A stretch of DNA of 64,000 nucleotides, filler included, from Octopus bimaculoides (lineage: Eukaryota), in assembly GCF_001194135.2 (NCBI RefSeq). It is 5 parts of 4 records of this genome, joined end to end, with 100 filler letters (N's around TTAATTAATTAA, not from the genome) between each part and the next. Parts side by side here need not be neighbours in the genome. Positions count along the whole stretch, not along the records: positions 37,255 to 53,239 come from NC_068984.1; 4 more parts are not named here. The stretch is one strand, 5' to 3'. A program made the position numbers and the translations under genes. This document shows, in pieces, positions 39,289 to 52,065 of the stretch (position 1 is the stretch's first letter; each line of letters begins with the position of its first letter). The notes under the pieces are model-generated. The model saw only the letters and a program-made list of their open reading frames with translations, was not told the origin of the DNA and ran no database searches.

Positions 39289-40717
39289 TAATAGTTTCTT
39301 GTGAAAACACATGTCTAGGCAGGTTTTTATCCTATCACGCCCTGTGTCTCCACGAGCCTGGAGACTGCTTGGAGACACAAGGCATATTATAAAAACCTGC
39401 TTAGACACGTGTCTTCGCAGAAAGATACTATCAGTAACTCGTATCTTTACACTGACTACATTAAATGATATCTTCCTCTTCATACATTTAACTAGCTACA
39501 CATCGTTCCTATCTTTTCTTATCTTATAATAATTCTGCTTGTCGTTGCGTTACTTAGCCCGTCGGTAACGCTTTCACGTGATTAGAGAAAAAAGAGGGAG
39601 GGAGAAGCGTCCATGATGTGAGGTAGAGGGAATGTAACTGTGACACTTTCACATGATTAGTTGAAGGGAAAGAGAAGAGAAAGAAAAAGGAGCGAGAAAA
39701 AGAAGATAAGGCGAAGAATGAGACAGAAAGCAGGAGAAAAAAAAAAGAGGGAGAGAGAAGTGAGGGAGAGAGAGAGGGAAGTGGTAAGGGAGATTGTATT
39801 GTGAAAAGTCTATTTTTTAAAACTGAACTAAATTTTTTTTTATATCACTTATCACTTAACGCATGCGCATAATTGCAATTCCGTGAAATTTCACGCTTAT
39901 TTACGTGGCAAATATACAATTTAACTAAGGTTTGTATCATATGTACGAAATTGCTGGCCTTGTGCCAATATTTGAAGCCAATATTACCGCTATGTTCTGT
40001 GTTTATCTGAAGCAAGATTCTAAACCTTACACCAAAACTGAGATTTCATAAATTAACGAACTTCCTTAATAGCTAAAGTAGGTTTAGTAAAACGTCATCA
40101 AGTTTTTACGCAAAAGAGGTCCTTGGGTATTTTCGCTTCTAAACAATATATTGCTAAGTCATATATAAGCCATCAAAGCAGCTAAAATTCTTTCCGGAAT
40201 TTTCGAAGTCATTCACATCAGATAAAATCTGGGTCATCCATGACGTCATTGTGTCGTTCGTAATTCAGAACGAGGCTGACTTAATTAAAGATGGCTTCTT
40301 AATATCGACACTAGAATTTAATATATGACACAATGGGGTGTCGAGAAGATATTGATTTTACACAAGGTCTGGTCTGATTATTAGGGACGAAATATAGGGA
40401 ACACCCTATTCATTAAGTTCTTTCATTAATTTATTCGGAAATAACAAGTGTACAAGTCATAGAAAAAAAATGTCATTATGTCTAGATATTCTGCACAGTT
40501 GTGTGCATGTGTGTGAGGCGACTCGATTAAGAAGAAATAACAGCTAAATCTGCGTCAAATCACAAATTACTCTCTTAATAAAATGTCTGGTTTGATTGTG
40601 TAGTTGTCGATACATTGTGTCTGGTAAAAAGAAAAAAAGGTTGGTGCTGGAATGCTTTGGTGAATGGTATTGGGGAATAGAATTGACATCAGGTTATACA
40701 ACAGTAACAGTAACAAG

Positions 40718-40755
<38 letters not shown>

Positions 40756-40840
40756 CAACAACAGCTATTCATCAACTCAGTCGGTAAAGAGTTATTCTTG
40801 TTTAGGGTTGGGGTTTGTGATCAGAGTTAACAGCGTTTCA

Positions 40841-40893
<53 letters not shown>

Positions 40894-42729
40894 CACACAT
40901 ACACAAACCACAAAAACCACAAAAAGGCCACAAAAACCAAGACAGGACGAGTATCTCAAATCATTTAGAATATTAAATTAGAGTATGGTGAATCTGAGGT
41001 AATTAATCAATTAGTTAATTATTGGATGTCTTACAGCTGTTTCTGCGATATTCCAAGTGATAGGTTAGCATCTTCATACACTAGGTATTCCATCATCAGA
41101 GACAAGGTGGGTATGAAGGTTCTAGGCAGGGAATTCACAGTTTATCAAGGAATAAAATAATAGAGAGAAGAATAAAGAGTAAAACGGTAGATAGAAGAAT
41201 ACAGAGAGGAGAATAAAGTTCACAGCTCATCTTCTTCCAGAGGGTATGGACGTTGGTCCGTACTTCCGTCAAGGTACAAGTCCTTAAGTATAATCACAAG
41301 TAAATCCAGGTAATATTTTGGCAGTATTTTGAATGTTGCGTTCTTTCAAGATTTGATCCTCAATACTTGATCTATTCCTTCAACATGAACGCAACTTTCA
41401 AAATACTTCCAAAATACTGCTGTAGGGACCCCAGCTATTCTTTTATTTTCCTGACAACCTCTGTAATTCCTAATTGATTAAAAGTATATGTATCAAAGGA
41501 CCTCAGCCATTTTTACGGATGGGTTTGTACCAAGAAGGAACCATCGATGTACAAACCATCTGGCTGTTTTATCTTTAGAGTCGAAAATCTTTGCTTTGAC
41601 TGACCGGCCTCTTCTATATTCCATTCTGTGTGTGCTTTAAGGGTAAACTTTAAAGGTACTTAAAGGATGACCTCCTCTATAAAATAATTCTTTTAAGACC
41701 GCTGAAGCTTTCTCGCACGACAGCAGAAGCGAAGTATATATAATGATACGGTCAACGGTGTGTATAACCAAATTTCCTGAAGCCATAACCGAGAAGTGTA
41801 TGGACGTAGAAGACCTAAGTTTTCTGTCCGCGTCTATTTTAACCCTTTAAGGTCGGCTGAGGCTTTTCCGCAGAAGGTGAGTGTGGTCTATTGACACACT
41901 GCGAAATTGTGAAGAAGACGGGTGTATATAAGCCACATTTACGTTATAAACTATTTCATTGATTATCATCCATTTTCCCCCCATTTTTTTTGCGTCCCTC
42001 ACGAAAAGACTTACTGTTTCTACCCGGCCTTAAAGCGTTAAAGACATGATAACGATACAAAAGTACAACTAATCATCAGGAACCTACATCATATACCCTA
42101 TCCTGTCTTGTATTTTGTCAACACCTTATCCAGGTATATAAACATTAATTCTTTTAATAATAATGTGGAAAGATTTACGAAAGAGTTAATTTATTTTCAC
42201 ACATTGACTCAATTAAAATTCAAAGCTATCAAACGATTTCGGAATAGTTTAATATTTAATGGTGCTGCCTGTTAATTTAGTGGAGTGAATGTATAATTAA
42301 TGAATATCTAACAGATATCTCTTTCTTGTGTATAACACGAATATTTCGTTGCAGCTAAACTCATGAGAGTTTAGACTATAAATAAAATTAAGCTGTAATG
42401 TCTAATCGTGAGAATTTTGTTGGTGAGTTAAATACTATAAGATATTGATGAAAACTGAAAGTAAAACAACAACAATAGCAATAATCTGCTGAACATGAAA
42501 TATTTATAGAATCAAAATGTCACAGTACTTATATAGAGTTCCTTCAAAAATTTACTTAATTTTCCCAACTTATTGACACGTGTTGATGACTCAGCGTCTT
42601 TCATTTTGGTGACGCTCCAATATTTTGATGCTTACGTTGTCCCATATTTTTAGGAATAACGTTGTTCTGCTTTCCAAATACTGTCACATTTTGATGCTAA
42701 CGATGTCCCATATACTAATACTTCCTTAT

Positions 42730-43140
42730 ATTGGTTTCAAATTTTGGCACAAGGCCAGCAACCGCGGCGAAGTGGGTAAGTCGATTACATCGACCTCAGT
42801 ACATAACTGGTACTTATTTTATCCACCCCAAGATTATAAAAAGCAAAGTCGACCTCAGCGGAATTTGAACTCAGAACGTAACGGCGGACGAAATGCCGGG
42901 AAGCATTTCGCCCGGCGTGCTAACGATTCTTGTTTCTTTATTGCCCACAAGGGGCTAAACATAGAGGGGACAAACAAGGACAGACAAAGGGATTAAATCG
43001 ATTACATCGACCCCAGTGCGTAACTGGTACTTATGAAAAGCAAAAGTCGACCTCAGTGGAATTTGAACTCAGAACGTGAGGAGACGAAATGTCGGCAAGC
43101 ATTTCGCCCGGCGTGCTAACGTTTCTGCCAGCTCGCCGCC
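42730..43140 (-). mobile_element. Two adjacent SINE family A copies with different tails
   Basis: 42730-42940 has the ccttgtgccaaaatttgaaacc tail. 42943-43140 has the gcccc.tgtgggcaataaagaaa tail. Confidence 0.85.
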
Positions 43141-43373
43141 TTCTAACAGTTTCCGTCTACCAAATCCACTCACAAGGCTTTGGTCAGACCGAGGCTATAG
43201 TAGAAGTCACTTGACCAAGGTGTCACAGAGTTGTACTGAACCCGGAACCATGTGAATGGCAAGCAAACGTCTTACCGCCCAGCCATTCCTGCGTCTATTT
43301 ATAATTCTCGTCTCGTTTCGCTGGAATTCAATATTTTTGTTATTTCTTTTTCTCTTTTCTTGTATTCTTTCAG

Positions 43374-43516
43374 TGGAATGATTCGAAGCGAGGTATTACA
43401 AGTGGGTTTGTGGTTTCTGGTTTCGCCGCTGGGGCATTTATCCTCAACCAAGCTATAACTGCCATTCTGAACCCAAACAACGACTCTCCTACATTAGAGA
43501 GTAGCAGTGGAGAAAG
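43374..43516 (+). CDS. Exon of MFS transporter, animal oxalate:formate antiporter-like family (about TM5)
   Basis: Acceptor cttgtattctttcag|, donor AG|gtaagg. 143 nt, phase 0 to 2. WNDSKRGITSGFVVSGFAAGAFILNQAITAILNPNNDSPTLESSSGE resembles the W.P..KG...G.VV.GFG.GAFIF.Q..TA..NP.N motif recalled for this family. Not in the ORF track in this frame. Confidence 0.9.
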
Positions 43517-43542
43517 GTAAGGCAACTCAGCTTTATTTATTT

Positions 43543-43597
43543 TTAATGGAGTCATATATTATAATGGAGTCATATCTTATAATGGAGTCATATAATT
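43543..43597. repeat. 18-bp tandem (ttataatggagtcatat.) about 3 copies, just downstream of an MFS donor site
   Basis: Direct reading. Confidence 0.85.
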
Positions 43598-43948
43598 ATT
43601 GCAGCTTTTTTTCCATAAATTTTATTCAACAAAGCCGTAAGTAGGTATCACCCTGTCACATAGCTCCTTGTATAGTTTTCATTATGTTAAGATTTTAAAT
43701 TGTTGTTTACAAATAGTTCCTAATTCTTAATATTTACATGAATAAAGTGGAGGCGCAATGGCCCAGTGGTTAGGGCAGCGGTCGGAGGATCGCGCTTTCG
43801 ATTCCCAGACCGGACGTTGCGTGTGTTTATTGAGCGAAAACACCTGAGGCTCCGGCAGGAGGTGGTGGCGACCCCTGTTGTACTCTTTCGCCCCAACTTT
43901 CTCTCACTCTTTCTTCCTGTTTCTTGAGTAATGCTGCGATGGACAGGC

Positions 43949-43991
<43 letters not shown>

Positions 43992-44303
43992 GGGTGGCCC
44001 AAAAGTAGGTTTATAGTTATTCAACTATCGCTTTCGCATTCATATTTTGACAGTTTAGATCTTAATTATAAAAAAAAATATAAAACCATTATTCTATGCT
44101 AATTCAGTTAATTGTAAGACAGAAATTTAAATGTTTTATGTACACATATATTTTTCTGTGTATGTGTATGAATGTATGCAGGTAAATATATATATGTATT
44201 ATATATGTGTGTATATATTATATGTACATACGTGTGTGTGAGCGTGAGTGTGTGTGTATGTGTGTGTAAGTTTATATTCACCGATTCATGTATTTTTATT
44301 TAG

Positions 44304-44427
44304 ATATTTCCAGCAAAATGATATCCTCGACCGTGTACCGGCCATCTTTTGGATGTTGGGCTCCGTTTATGCTTTCATGCAACTGATCGGAGTTTTGCTG
44401 CTAAAAAGACCGAAACTTAAAAAAAAG
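44304..44427 (+). CDS. MFS transporter exon (about TM6)
   Basis: Acceptor tatttttatttag|, donor AAG|gtcagt. 124 nt, phase 2 to 0. (R)YFQQNDILDRVPAIFWMLGSVYAFMQLIGVLLLKRPKLKKK matches the family YF...D.L.RVP..F..LG..YA..QLIG motif. Confidence 0.92.
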
Positions 44428-44479
44428 GTCAGTTCCTTTATTCGAAGAAACGGGCAAGAATTCTTAAGCTTCAAATATA

Positions 44480-44800
44480 ACCTCTTCGTCTTTCTCTCTC
44501 CCCTCTCTTTCTCTTTCCTTCCTGTACCTCTCACTCTCTCCTCTACCTCTCTCCTCTACTTCTCTCCTTCTCTCTCTCCTCTTTCTTTCTCCCCTCTCTC
44601 CCACCCTCTCTAAATTCCTATATCTCCTCTCCCCTCTCTCCTTCCTTTCCCTTACCCTCTTTACCTCTTCTCCCCCTCTCCATCTTCTCCCTTCTCTCCC
44701 TCTTCTCCCCTCCTTCTCCTCTTTCCCTCCTATCCACTCTTTCCATTCTCTCCCCCTCTCCCTCTCTCCCTCTCTCCGAATCCTTCCTCTCCCTTCTTCT
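44480..44800. repeat. Roughly 320-bp pure C/T low-complexity tract in the MFS intron
   Basis: Nearly purine-free on the plus strand. Confidence 0.9.
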
Positions 44801-45349
44801 GGATACAAATGTTTCTATGAGTATGTGGTTATGAGATGTTTTGGCACAGCCGTTTTGGCGCTGCTTACTTGGCACGGCCCATTTGGTGTCGCTGATTCAT
44901 CGCTGACTTACATCCTCTCATTCTTTCCTTCCTTCATTTTTTTCTATCTTTCTCTCTGTCTATGTGTGTGAGCATCTTGTTATGTTTGTTCGTACGAAGA
45001 AAGAGAAATTATTTATGGTAATCTTGTTAAATTAATAAGTTGTAATCGCTCTCTACCTCAAGGCGGTGATCTGGCAGAATCGTTAGCACGCCGGACAAAA
45101 TACATAGCGACATTTCGTCCGTCTGTATGTGTATTAGTCAGCTATGTAGAAGAATGTCACAGACAGACGACAGAAATCAATAAACTAACTTAAATTGATG
45201 AAGTAATTAAAGACATCAGTTTTTGTTTAATAAGACTTAGTCAGAAGAGTGCGGGCGACATTGACAACCATTTTAAGGGACTCTTGACTGTCGGGAGGAA
45301 AGAAGGAAGATATATTTAGACAGAAAGCCTTTTATGATTAGAAATGCGG

Positions 45350-45577
45350 AGAGCTGGCAGAAACGTTAGCACGCCGGGCGAAATGCTTAGCAGTATTTCG
45401 TCTGCCGCTACGTTCTGAGTTCAAATTCCGCCGAGGTCGACTTTGCCTTTCATCCTTTCGGGGTCGATAAATTAAGTACCAGTTGCGTACTGGCGTAGAT
45501 GTAATCGACTTAATCTCCTTGCCTGTCCTTGTTTGTCCCCTCTATGTTCAGCCCCCTGTGGGCAATAAAGAAATAAG
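45350..45577 (+). mobile_element. Near-intact SINE family A copy (gcccc.tgtgggcaataaagaaataagaa tail)
   Basis: Complete head, core and tail. Extra copies at about 45061-45125, 46253-46365, 50965-51128 (+), 55420-55551 (-), 62370-62500 (-) and 62565-62711 (+). Confidence 0.9.
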
Positions 45578-46556
45578 AAAGTCTTTTATAATTACTTGTA
45601 ATTGAATGGAATCCACTCAAAGTATCCAATGTTTCTCTAGCACCCAACAATAGAAACGGTTCCTGATAGATTTCCGAGCGGGTACTCTCTCTGGCCGACT
45701 CAATTTCATTCAAAAGGATAAGAAACAAATGCCTAAGGTACTGTACAGTGAGATTGAATCCAAAGTCAAGTTGTTGCAAAGCGAACAATTTAACCACACA
45801 CATCTGCAATAGCTATTGTCCCAATTTCAGTAACTAGTTGTCAAAATATCGAATTGTATCGAAGTCCTGCATCGTCTTTCATTATTTCGGCAGTCGTACA
45901 AGTAATACAACAGAATTCACTGTCAATATTACACAATATTGTGATTGTATTTTGTTAAACAAAACAAAGGACAATAGAAGAGCAGTTGCTTACCATGCGT
46001 GGGGGCACGGCTAGCCGAACGGACAAGGTACTGTAATAAGACAACGAAAATAACGCTAGTTCGGTCGTCTATTTCTTCTTTTCTCTCTTTCCATGTATGT
46101 ATGTATGAATGTATGTATGTATGTATGTATTTCAGGGTTTATAATATTGTGTATAGATAAATATATTAGTCCATTTAATTCTAACATGATTTGATTTTCA
46201 AACCTCATTTTCGTAAATTTTGTTATTTTTCTATATCAAATATTACATTGCAAGGCGGCGAGCTGGCAGGATCGTTAGCATGCCGAGCAAAATGCTTAGC
46301 GGCATATCGTCCGTCTTTACGCTCTAATTTAAAATTCCACCGAGGTTGACTTTACCTTTCGACCTTTAGGAATATATATATATATATANNNNNNNNNNNN
46401 NNNNNNNNNNNNNNNNNNNNNNNNNNNNNNNNNNNNNNNNNNNNNNNNNNNNNNNNNNNNNNNNNNNNNNNNNNNNNNNNNNNNNNNNNNNNNNNNNNNN
46501 NNNNNNNNNNNNNNNNNNNNNNNNNNNNNNNNNNNNNNNNNNNNNATATATATTCC

Positions 46557-46600
<44 letters not shown>

Positions 46601-46612
46601 CGTTATTTTTGA

Positions 46613-46867
46613 GTTAACAAGGCTACCGCTGGTTTCATGCAGAGAATTCTCAGCAATTATCAGATTTGTCACATAGAGCGTAGTTACTCGTCTCCATCTT
46701 GCATGCGAATATAACGAAGCTACATGATGTTATTCCAATATCCCGCACAGTCTCGTGTAAGTTTGCTGCATTTTCATCCAAGACGGAGACGAGCTCTAAC
46801 GTCCCATATGTCAGTCCTGATAGTTGCTGACAATTCCAGCCATGAAATCAATGGTAGCCTTGTTAAA
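46613..46867. mobile_element. Fold-back (palindromic) MITE-like element
   Basis: Left arm gttaacaaggctaccgctggtttcatg..ctcgtctccatcttgcatg matches the reverse complement of the right arm (gttaacaaggctaccattgatttcatg..ctcgtctccgtcttggatg, ignoring a 1-nt insertion) over about 95-115 bp. Confidence 0.75.
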
Positions 46868-46954
46868 CCACAAATAAAGAATATTTATCCACCAATGCGG
46901 CGTTGAACACTCGTTCTCACTGTTCAACACTACCGTATATATATAGAGAGATAG

Positions 46955-47025
<71 letters not shown>

Positions 47026-47076
47026 CATCTGTGTTCGTAACATGATATTTATATATTTATTCATTTATTTGTTCAG

Positions 47077-47951
47077 GAACAAATTATTACTGTGAGTATG
47101 AAAGTTTCACTGGCGGAGCGTCAGCAAAGAGCGTCGAGTCGGCTGGAGGCAATCAATGCAATGAATAAACTGGATGACATCATCGAAAGGAGAGTGTCAG
47201 AGTTAAGTGTTGCCAATTCCGATGGATCCTATGAAGTGCTGCCAGCTACGACGATTAACATTTCGAAAGAAGGAACTTACGAAAACGTTTCGTCTTCTCG
47301 ACGAAATTCTCTCGATTCAGACGACGAGAACAATTATAACACGGTGCACTCTACATATTCCACGACCACCATAGTTCCGTATGAGTTGCAACCGGAACAC
47401 GACAACCCATCGTTCGTTCCCGACTACGAGGTGGACGACAACGTTGCGGATTTGGACGGTAATAAACGTGGCGTGGGTGATGGCAACGATAATTCTGATG
47501 ACGATGATTATAATGACGGTGGGACTTTCGGAAACCTACGATCATCGCCGACTATTTCTAGGAAGCCGAAGAAGAAGAAATCTGTTAGTATCAACGAAGC
47601 GTCTGATGAAAATAATCCTGAAACTACTTCTGTTACTACTGAGAATATTAACACTGGCAACACTATTACAACACACGACACCTTAGCAAATAACATTAAT
47701 ACTAATACAACGGAGACTGATGGTGACGCCATCAATATGATGCCGATGGGCAAGAAGCGACGCTTCAGCGGTGTTGCTGAAAAAGACATTGAAACAATGG
47801 GCTCCGGTGTTGCACCTCATAAAGTCCACTTTGATATTTCGGCCGACCAAAGACGGAGACCATCAACAGCCGAGAGGTTGGTGCTGGAATTCAGAAGGCT
47901 CAGTCGACGACTAAGTGTCCCTGAATTTGTTTTCAGAAATATTTTCGGAAA
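47077..47951 (+). CDS. MFS transporter exon encoding a very long acidic, low-complexity central cytoplasmic loop
   Basis: Acceptor tttatttgttcag|, donor AAA|gtgagt. 875 nt open, phase 0 to 2, compatible with both neighbouring exons. Includes ORF-track 47092..47955. Confidence 0.88.
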
Positions 47952-50900
47952 GTGAGTAATTCTTGTTTCTCTTTAAAAATTGCTGCTGCTGCTGCTGCTG
48001 CTGCACTGCTACTGTTGATCTTCTTGTCAATCTCTTCCTCTTCTTTTCTTTTCCTCTTTCTCATTTCTTCTTCTTCTGCTTNNNNNNNNNNNNNNNNNNN
48101 NNNNNNNNNNNNNNNNNNNNNNNNNNNNNNNNNNNNNNNNNNNNNNNNNNNNNNNNNNNNNNNNNNNNNNNNNNNNNNNNNNNNNNNNNNNNNNNNNNNN
48201 NNNNNNNNNNNNNNNNNNNNNNNNNNNNNNNNNNNNNNNNNNNNNNNNNNNNNNNNNNNNNNNNNNNNNNNNNNNNNNNNNNNNNNNNNNNNNNNNNNNN
48301 NNNNNNNNNNNNNNNNNNNNNNNNNNNNNNNNNNNNNNNNNNNNNNNNNNNNNNNNNNNNNNNNNNNNNNNNNNNNNNNNNNNNNNNNNNNNNNNNNNNN
48401 NNNNNNNNNNNNNNNNNNNNNNNNNNNNNNNNNNNNNNNNNNNNNNNNNNNNNNNNNNNNNNNNNNNNNNNNNNNNNNNNNNNNNNNNNNNNNNNNNNNN
48501 NNNNNNNNNNNNNNNNNNNNNNNNNNNNNNNNNNNNNNNNNNNNNNNNNNNNNNNNNNNNNNNNNNNNNNNNNNNNNNNNNNNNNNNNNNNAATAAAGCT
48601 ATGTAAATAAGTATGCAGTTACAAGTTTAAATAAAGCTTGGGGAACACATGCAATCATTAATAGCTGAAAATACTAAGATAAACACCTCATTGAAAAGTC
48701 ATCTGCTAAAATGAAACCTACGGTCTAGAAAGAAAACAATCTGTTTTCCAAAGAAAATATTACCTCGACGGCAAGGTTGTCATCGTCGTGGTTGTTGTTT
48801 GCAGTTGTAACAATTGGAATTCAACTTTTTCAGAACACGAACGTGTCCAGTTCTAACACACGCTTTCTGAATCAAAACCCTGATCAAACATGTACACACA
48901 CACACACACACACACACATAAATTAATTACTAGATTGATCAATAAATAAAATAACCTATTTCGCAGGAACTTGTCCCTACCACTTCAATGCAACTAGCTA
49001 TGATATTGATGCACTTTTCTTCTCCCCTAATCGATTGTCAGTGATTGGCAAAACAAACGATGTATTTTGACAATTAAACCTTTTCTCTTTCACTCGCTTT
49101 TCCTTCTTTATCATTGAAAAAGCAAAAAGAAATAAGCTTAAGTTTTTGATTGCCAGTCACTGGACGGAGAAAGTAACAAGCAGACGACTCTTCCTTATGT
49201 CTGCAGCCGACATTTTGTCTCCCTTTTCAATGTAGAAAAATGTGCAAATTACTATCGTGTTTCTTGTTTGCCTGGTCTCTTGTTCAGTTGTGTGATTACC
49301 ATTGTTTCCATGATTGTTTCCACGATTCCATCTCTCTAATGGTTTCTGCAATTGTCAAATTAACTTGCTTTTACATTCTCTCTTCCTTCACCTATTTTCC
49401 ATTCCCGCTTTCTTCCCCTCTGACTCTCTTTGCCTCTCTTCCTCTTCTTCTCCCTCTTACTATTCTCTCTTGTCCTCACTCCTCTCTCTGTTTCTCTTTC
49501 TCGCTTTGTCTACAAAGTTATCTTTATTCATCTGCCTGTTTCTCCTTTCCTCCGCCAGTCTCTCAAGTCGTCTATTGATACACGTCTCCCTAATCCTATT
49601 TATCCAGTTACTGGCGACATTGCAGAGTCATAAGAGCGTCGGATAGAATACCACACAATATTTAATCTGACTCTCTACGCTCTGAGATCAAATGCTGCTG
49701 AGGTCAACTTTGGCTTTCATCAGCTCCAGGGCACTCAATCGGCGTCTTCCACTTATTTTTCACGAGCTTTATGTATATATGTTCCTTAGATATTTTTATG
49801 TGTTTCAGTTCCAAGGCTGTGACCATGCTGGGGCACCGCCAGTGTTATCACCTTTTCAATGGCCATTCTTATGTGACTGGCTTTTGGTGAAGGAGGGAGT
49901 TCGATATTGCTGCCCCCTTTTGAGTTTCTTGCCGTGATCTAGATTTACCTGGGACCTTCGACCGCAGGAGGTTTACTTGTTTCTTGTAAAAATCTACCCC
50001 TACTCCATTTATACTGCTCAGGTGTTTTGATCAGATATTAAATAGCCGTGGGCCCTTGAATCTCGAGCTATTGCAGTACATGGTCCTTGCTCTAGACAGG
50101 ATAGCTGGGACTATTGGATCCATGTAGTGACGATCAGTTCGGGGGCTGGAATAGATTAGTTATTTGTTGGTAAAGGTTACTCTAAGAAAAATCGGGAGGC
50201 GGCTATGATTGCCAAACAACATATTTAAACACGAACTGATGTAGGGCAACAGAATATTTTCGTATCATTACAGTTCATATATCAAAGAACATTATTGTCT
50301 GAGTTTTTATTTTATTCCTCAATCTAACAATTAAAAGAAATTGAATTTGCATCACCAGTTTTTACTTGGGCGAATTCCTTCCACTGTATTATTTTCTTTA
50401 AATCAGTGTGCTGAGAATATGTAACAGAACTTTTAACAATATTGTGGATGTAGGAATTTATACGGATGAATGTCAACTGGAATTACACAGTAATAATTTT
50501 TGATTACATGGCAAGGCAGATGTTCATATGCGTATTATTTGTTTAATGTTTTCCAGATACGATATAGTGAGTAGCAAACTGAGGAATTAATAAGTTCTTG
50601 TTCCACCTGGCAGTCTGTAAGCAGGTCCCATAGAGAAGAACGGGTCCTTTCTGGAAATATGGAATTAATGATTATTTCCTTGGCTAACAATACTAAATTT
50701 AAAGCTATTTTGTTGTTTTGAGACAATAAAAGTACTACCTACTCAGTCTCGCTTCTAACCATTCTAGAATGGTCTGGAATAATACAATGAATGTTTAACA
50801 AAGATCTTGTTTGAGTTTGCAGGAATTTCTGTAGACTTGAGTCGTGATTCGTGTTAATCGATTGAAGAATATATGACAAATGCAGTCGAAAAGTATTTTA

Positions 50901-51679
50901 CAAAATAACGTAAAATGGCGAACGGTGATTAATTTGATGAGTTATACGTTTGAAATATGGTGACTTTTCGTCTGTCTTTACGTTCTGAGTTCAAATTCCA
51001 CCGAGGTCGACTTTGCCTTTCATCCTTTCGGGGTCGATAAATTAAGTACCAGTTGCGTACTTGGGTAGATCTAATCCAAAGGCCACCTCCCCAAAAATTT
51101 CGGGCCTTGTGCTTAGAGTAGAAAAGAATATGGTGTTTGATGATTGGTGAGTTTTCACTTTTGTGATCATCACTCAAAGACAACGTTGATGCGGAAAACT
51201 GGTTCATCTTGATTTGAACATCACAACTGGTCCTTTCTAAATTGGAGATACTCCGTACATTTGACCCTACTTCATATCGAAACGCAACGTTCATCTTTCA
51301 TCTGGTTCAGGACTGACCTGCTTAAATAACTGCATCACATTCACAGCCCCCCATCCCCACTAGACAATCACCCCCACCACAAAGCACTGCCACCACCACA
51401 ACCAGCAACAATAGCATGAGCGCCACTAATGAGCTAAAGGAGATTTTTACGGTCATTTGACCTCCAAGAAATGTAGAATGTAATCCTTAATGTGTTATCA
51501 TGTTTGAATGAAAGACATAATAACATATTAAATAACAGTAGCAACAATAGCATCTCCAAAGATCCAACGATGGAGTCTTTACATGGTCACTGAATGTGCT
51601 AGAAATAGCGGTCAAGTTCCCCTCAGATAACATCCTTTAGTCTGAAAAAAGGAAACTCGCGAAGAATGTAGGCCCTTTA

Positions 51680-52065
51680 TGTTGTTGTTGGCACTCCGTC
51701 GCTTACGACGTTCAGGGTTCCAGTTGATCCGATCAACGGAACAATCTGCTCGTGAAATTAACGTGCAAGTGGCTGAGCACTCCACAGACACGTGTACCCT
51801 TAACATAGTTCTCGGGGATATTCAGCGTGACACAGTGTGACAAGGCTGACCCTTTGAATTACAGCACAACAGAAACAGGAAGTAAGAGTGAGAGAAAGTT
51901 GTGGTGAAAGAGTACAGCAGGGTTCGCCACCATCCCCTGCCAGAGCCTCGTGAAGCTTTAGGTGTTTTCGCTCAATAAACACTCACAACGCCCGGTCTGG
52001 GAATCGAAACCGCGATCCTATGACCGCGAGTCCGCTGCCCTAACCACTGGGCCATTTCGCCTCCA
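51680..52065 (-). mobile_element. Full-length tRNA-derived SINE family C (head GGAGGCGCAATGGCCCAGTGG; (AAC)n tail)
   Basis: A-box TGGCCCAGTGG, B-box GGTTTCGATTCCC. Reverse complement of 58564-58943. Flanked by a roughly 174-bp direct repeat. Confidence 0.9.

Noticed and set aside
41100-42002. Possible old retroelement 3' end and a mariner-like terminus (..gcgtccctc)
   Set aside because: Too degenerate to support with protein motifs or a second TIR.
47092-47097. Strong internal donor-like ACT|GTGAGT 15 nt into the loop exon
   Set aside because: Its use (phase 0) onto exon 52513 gives ATC TAA, an immediate stop, so it is not a viable short isoform unless an unseen exon lies in the 48082-48590 gap.
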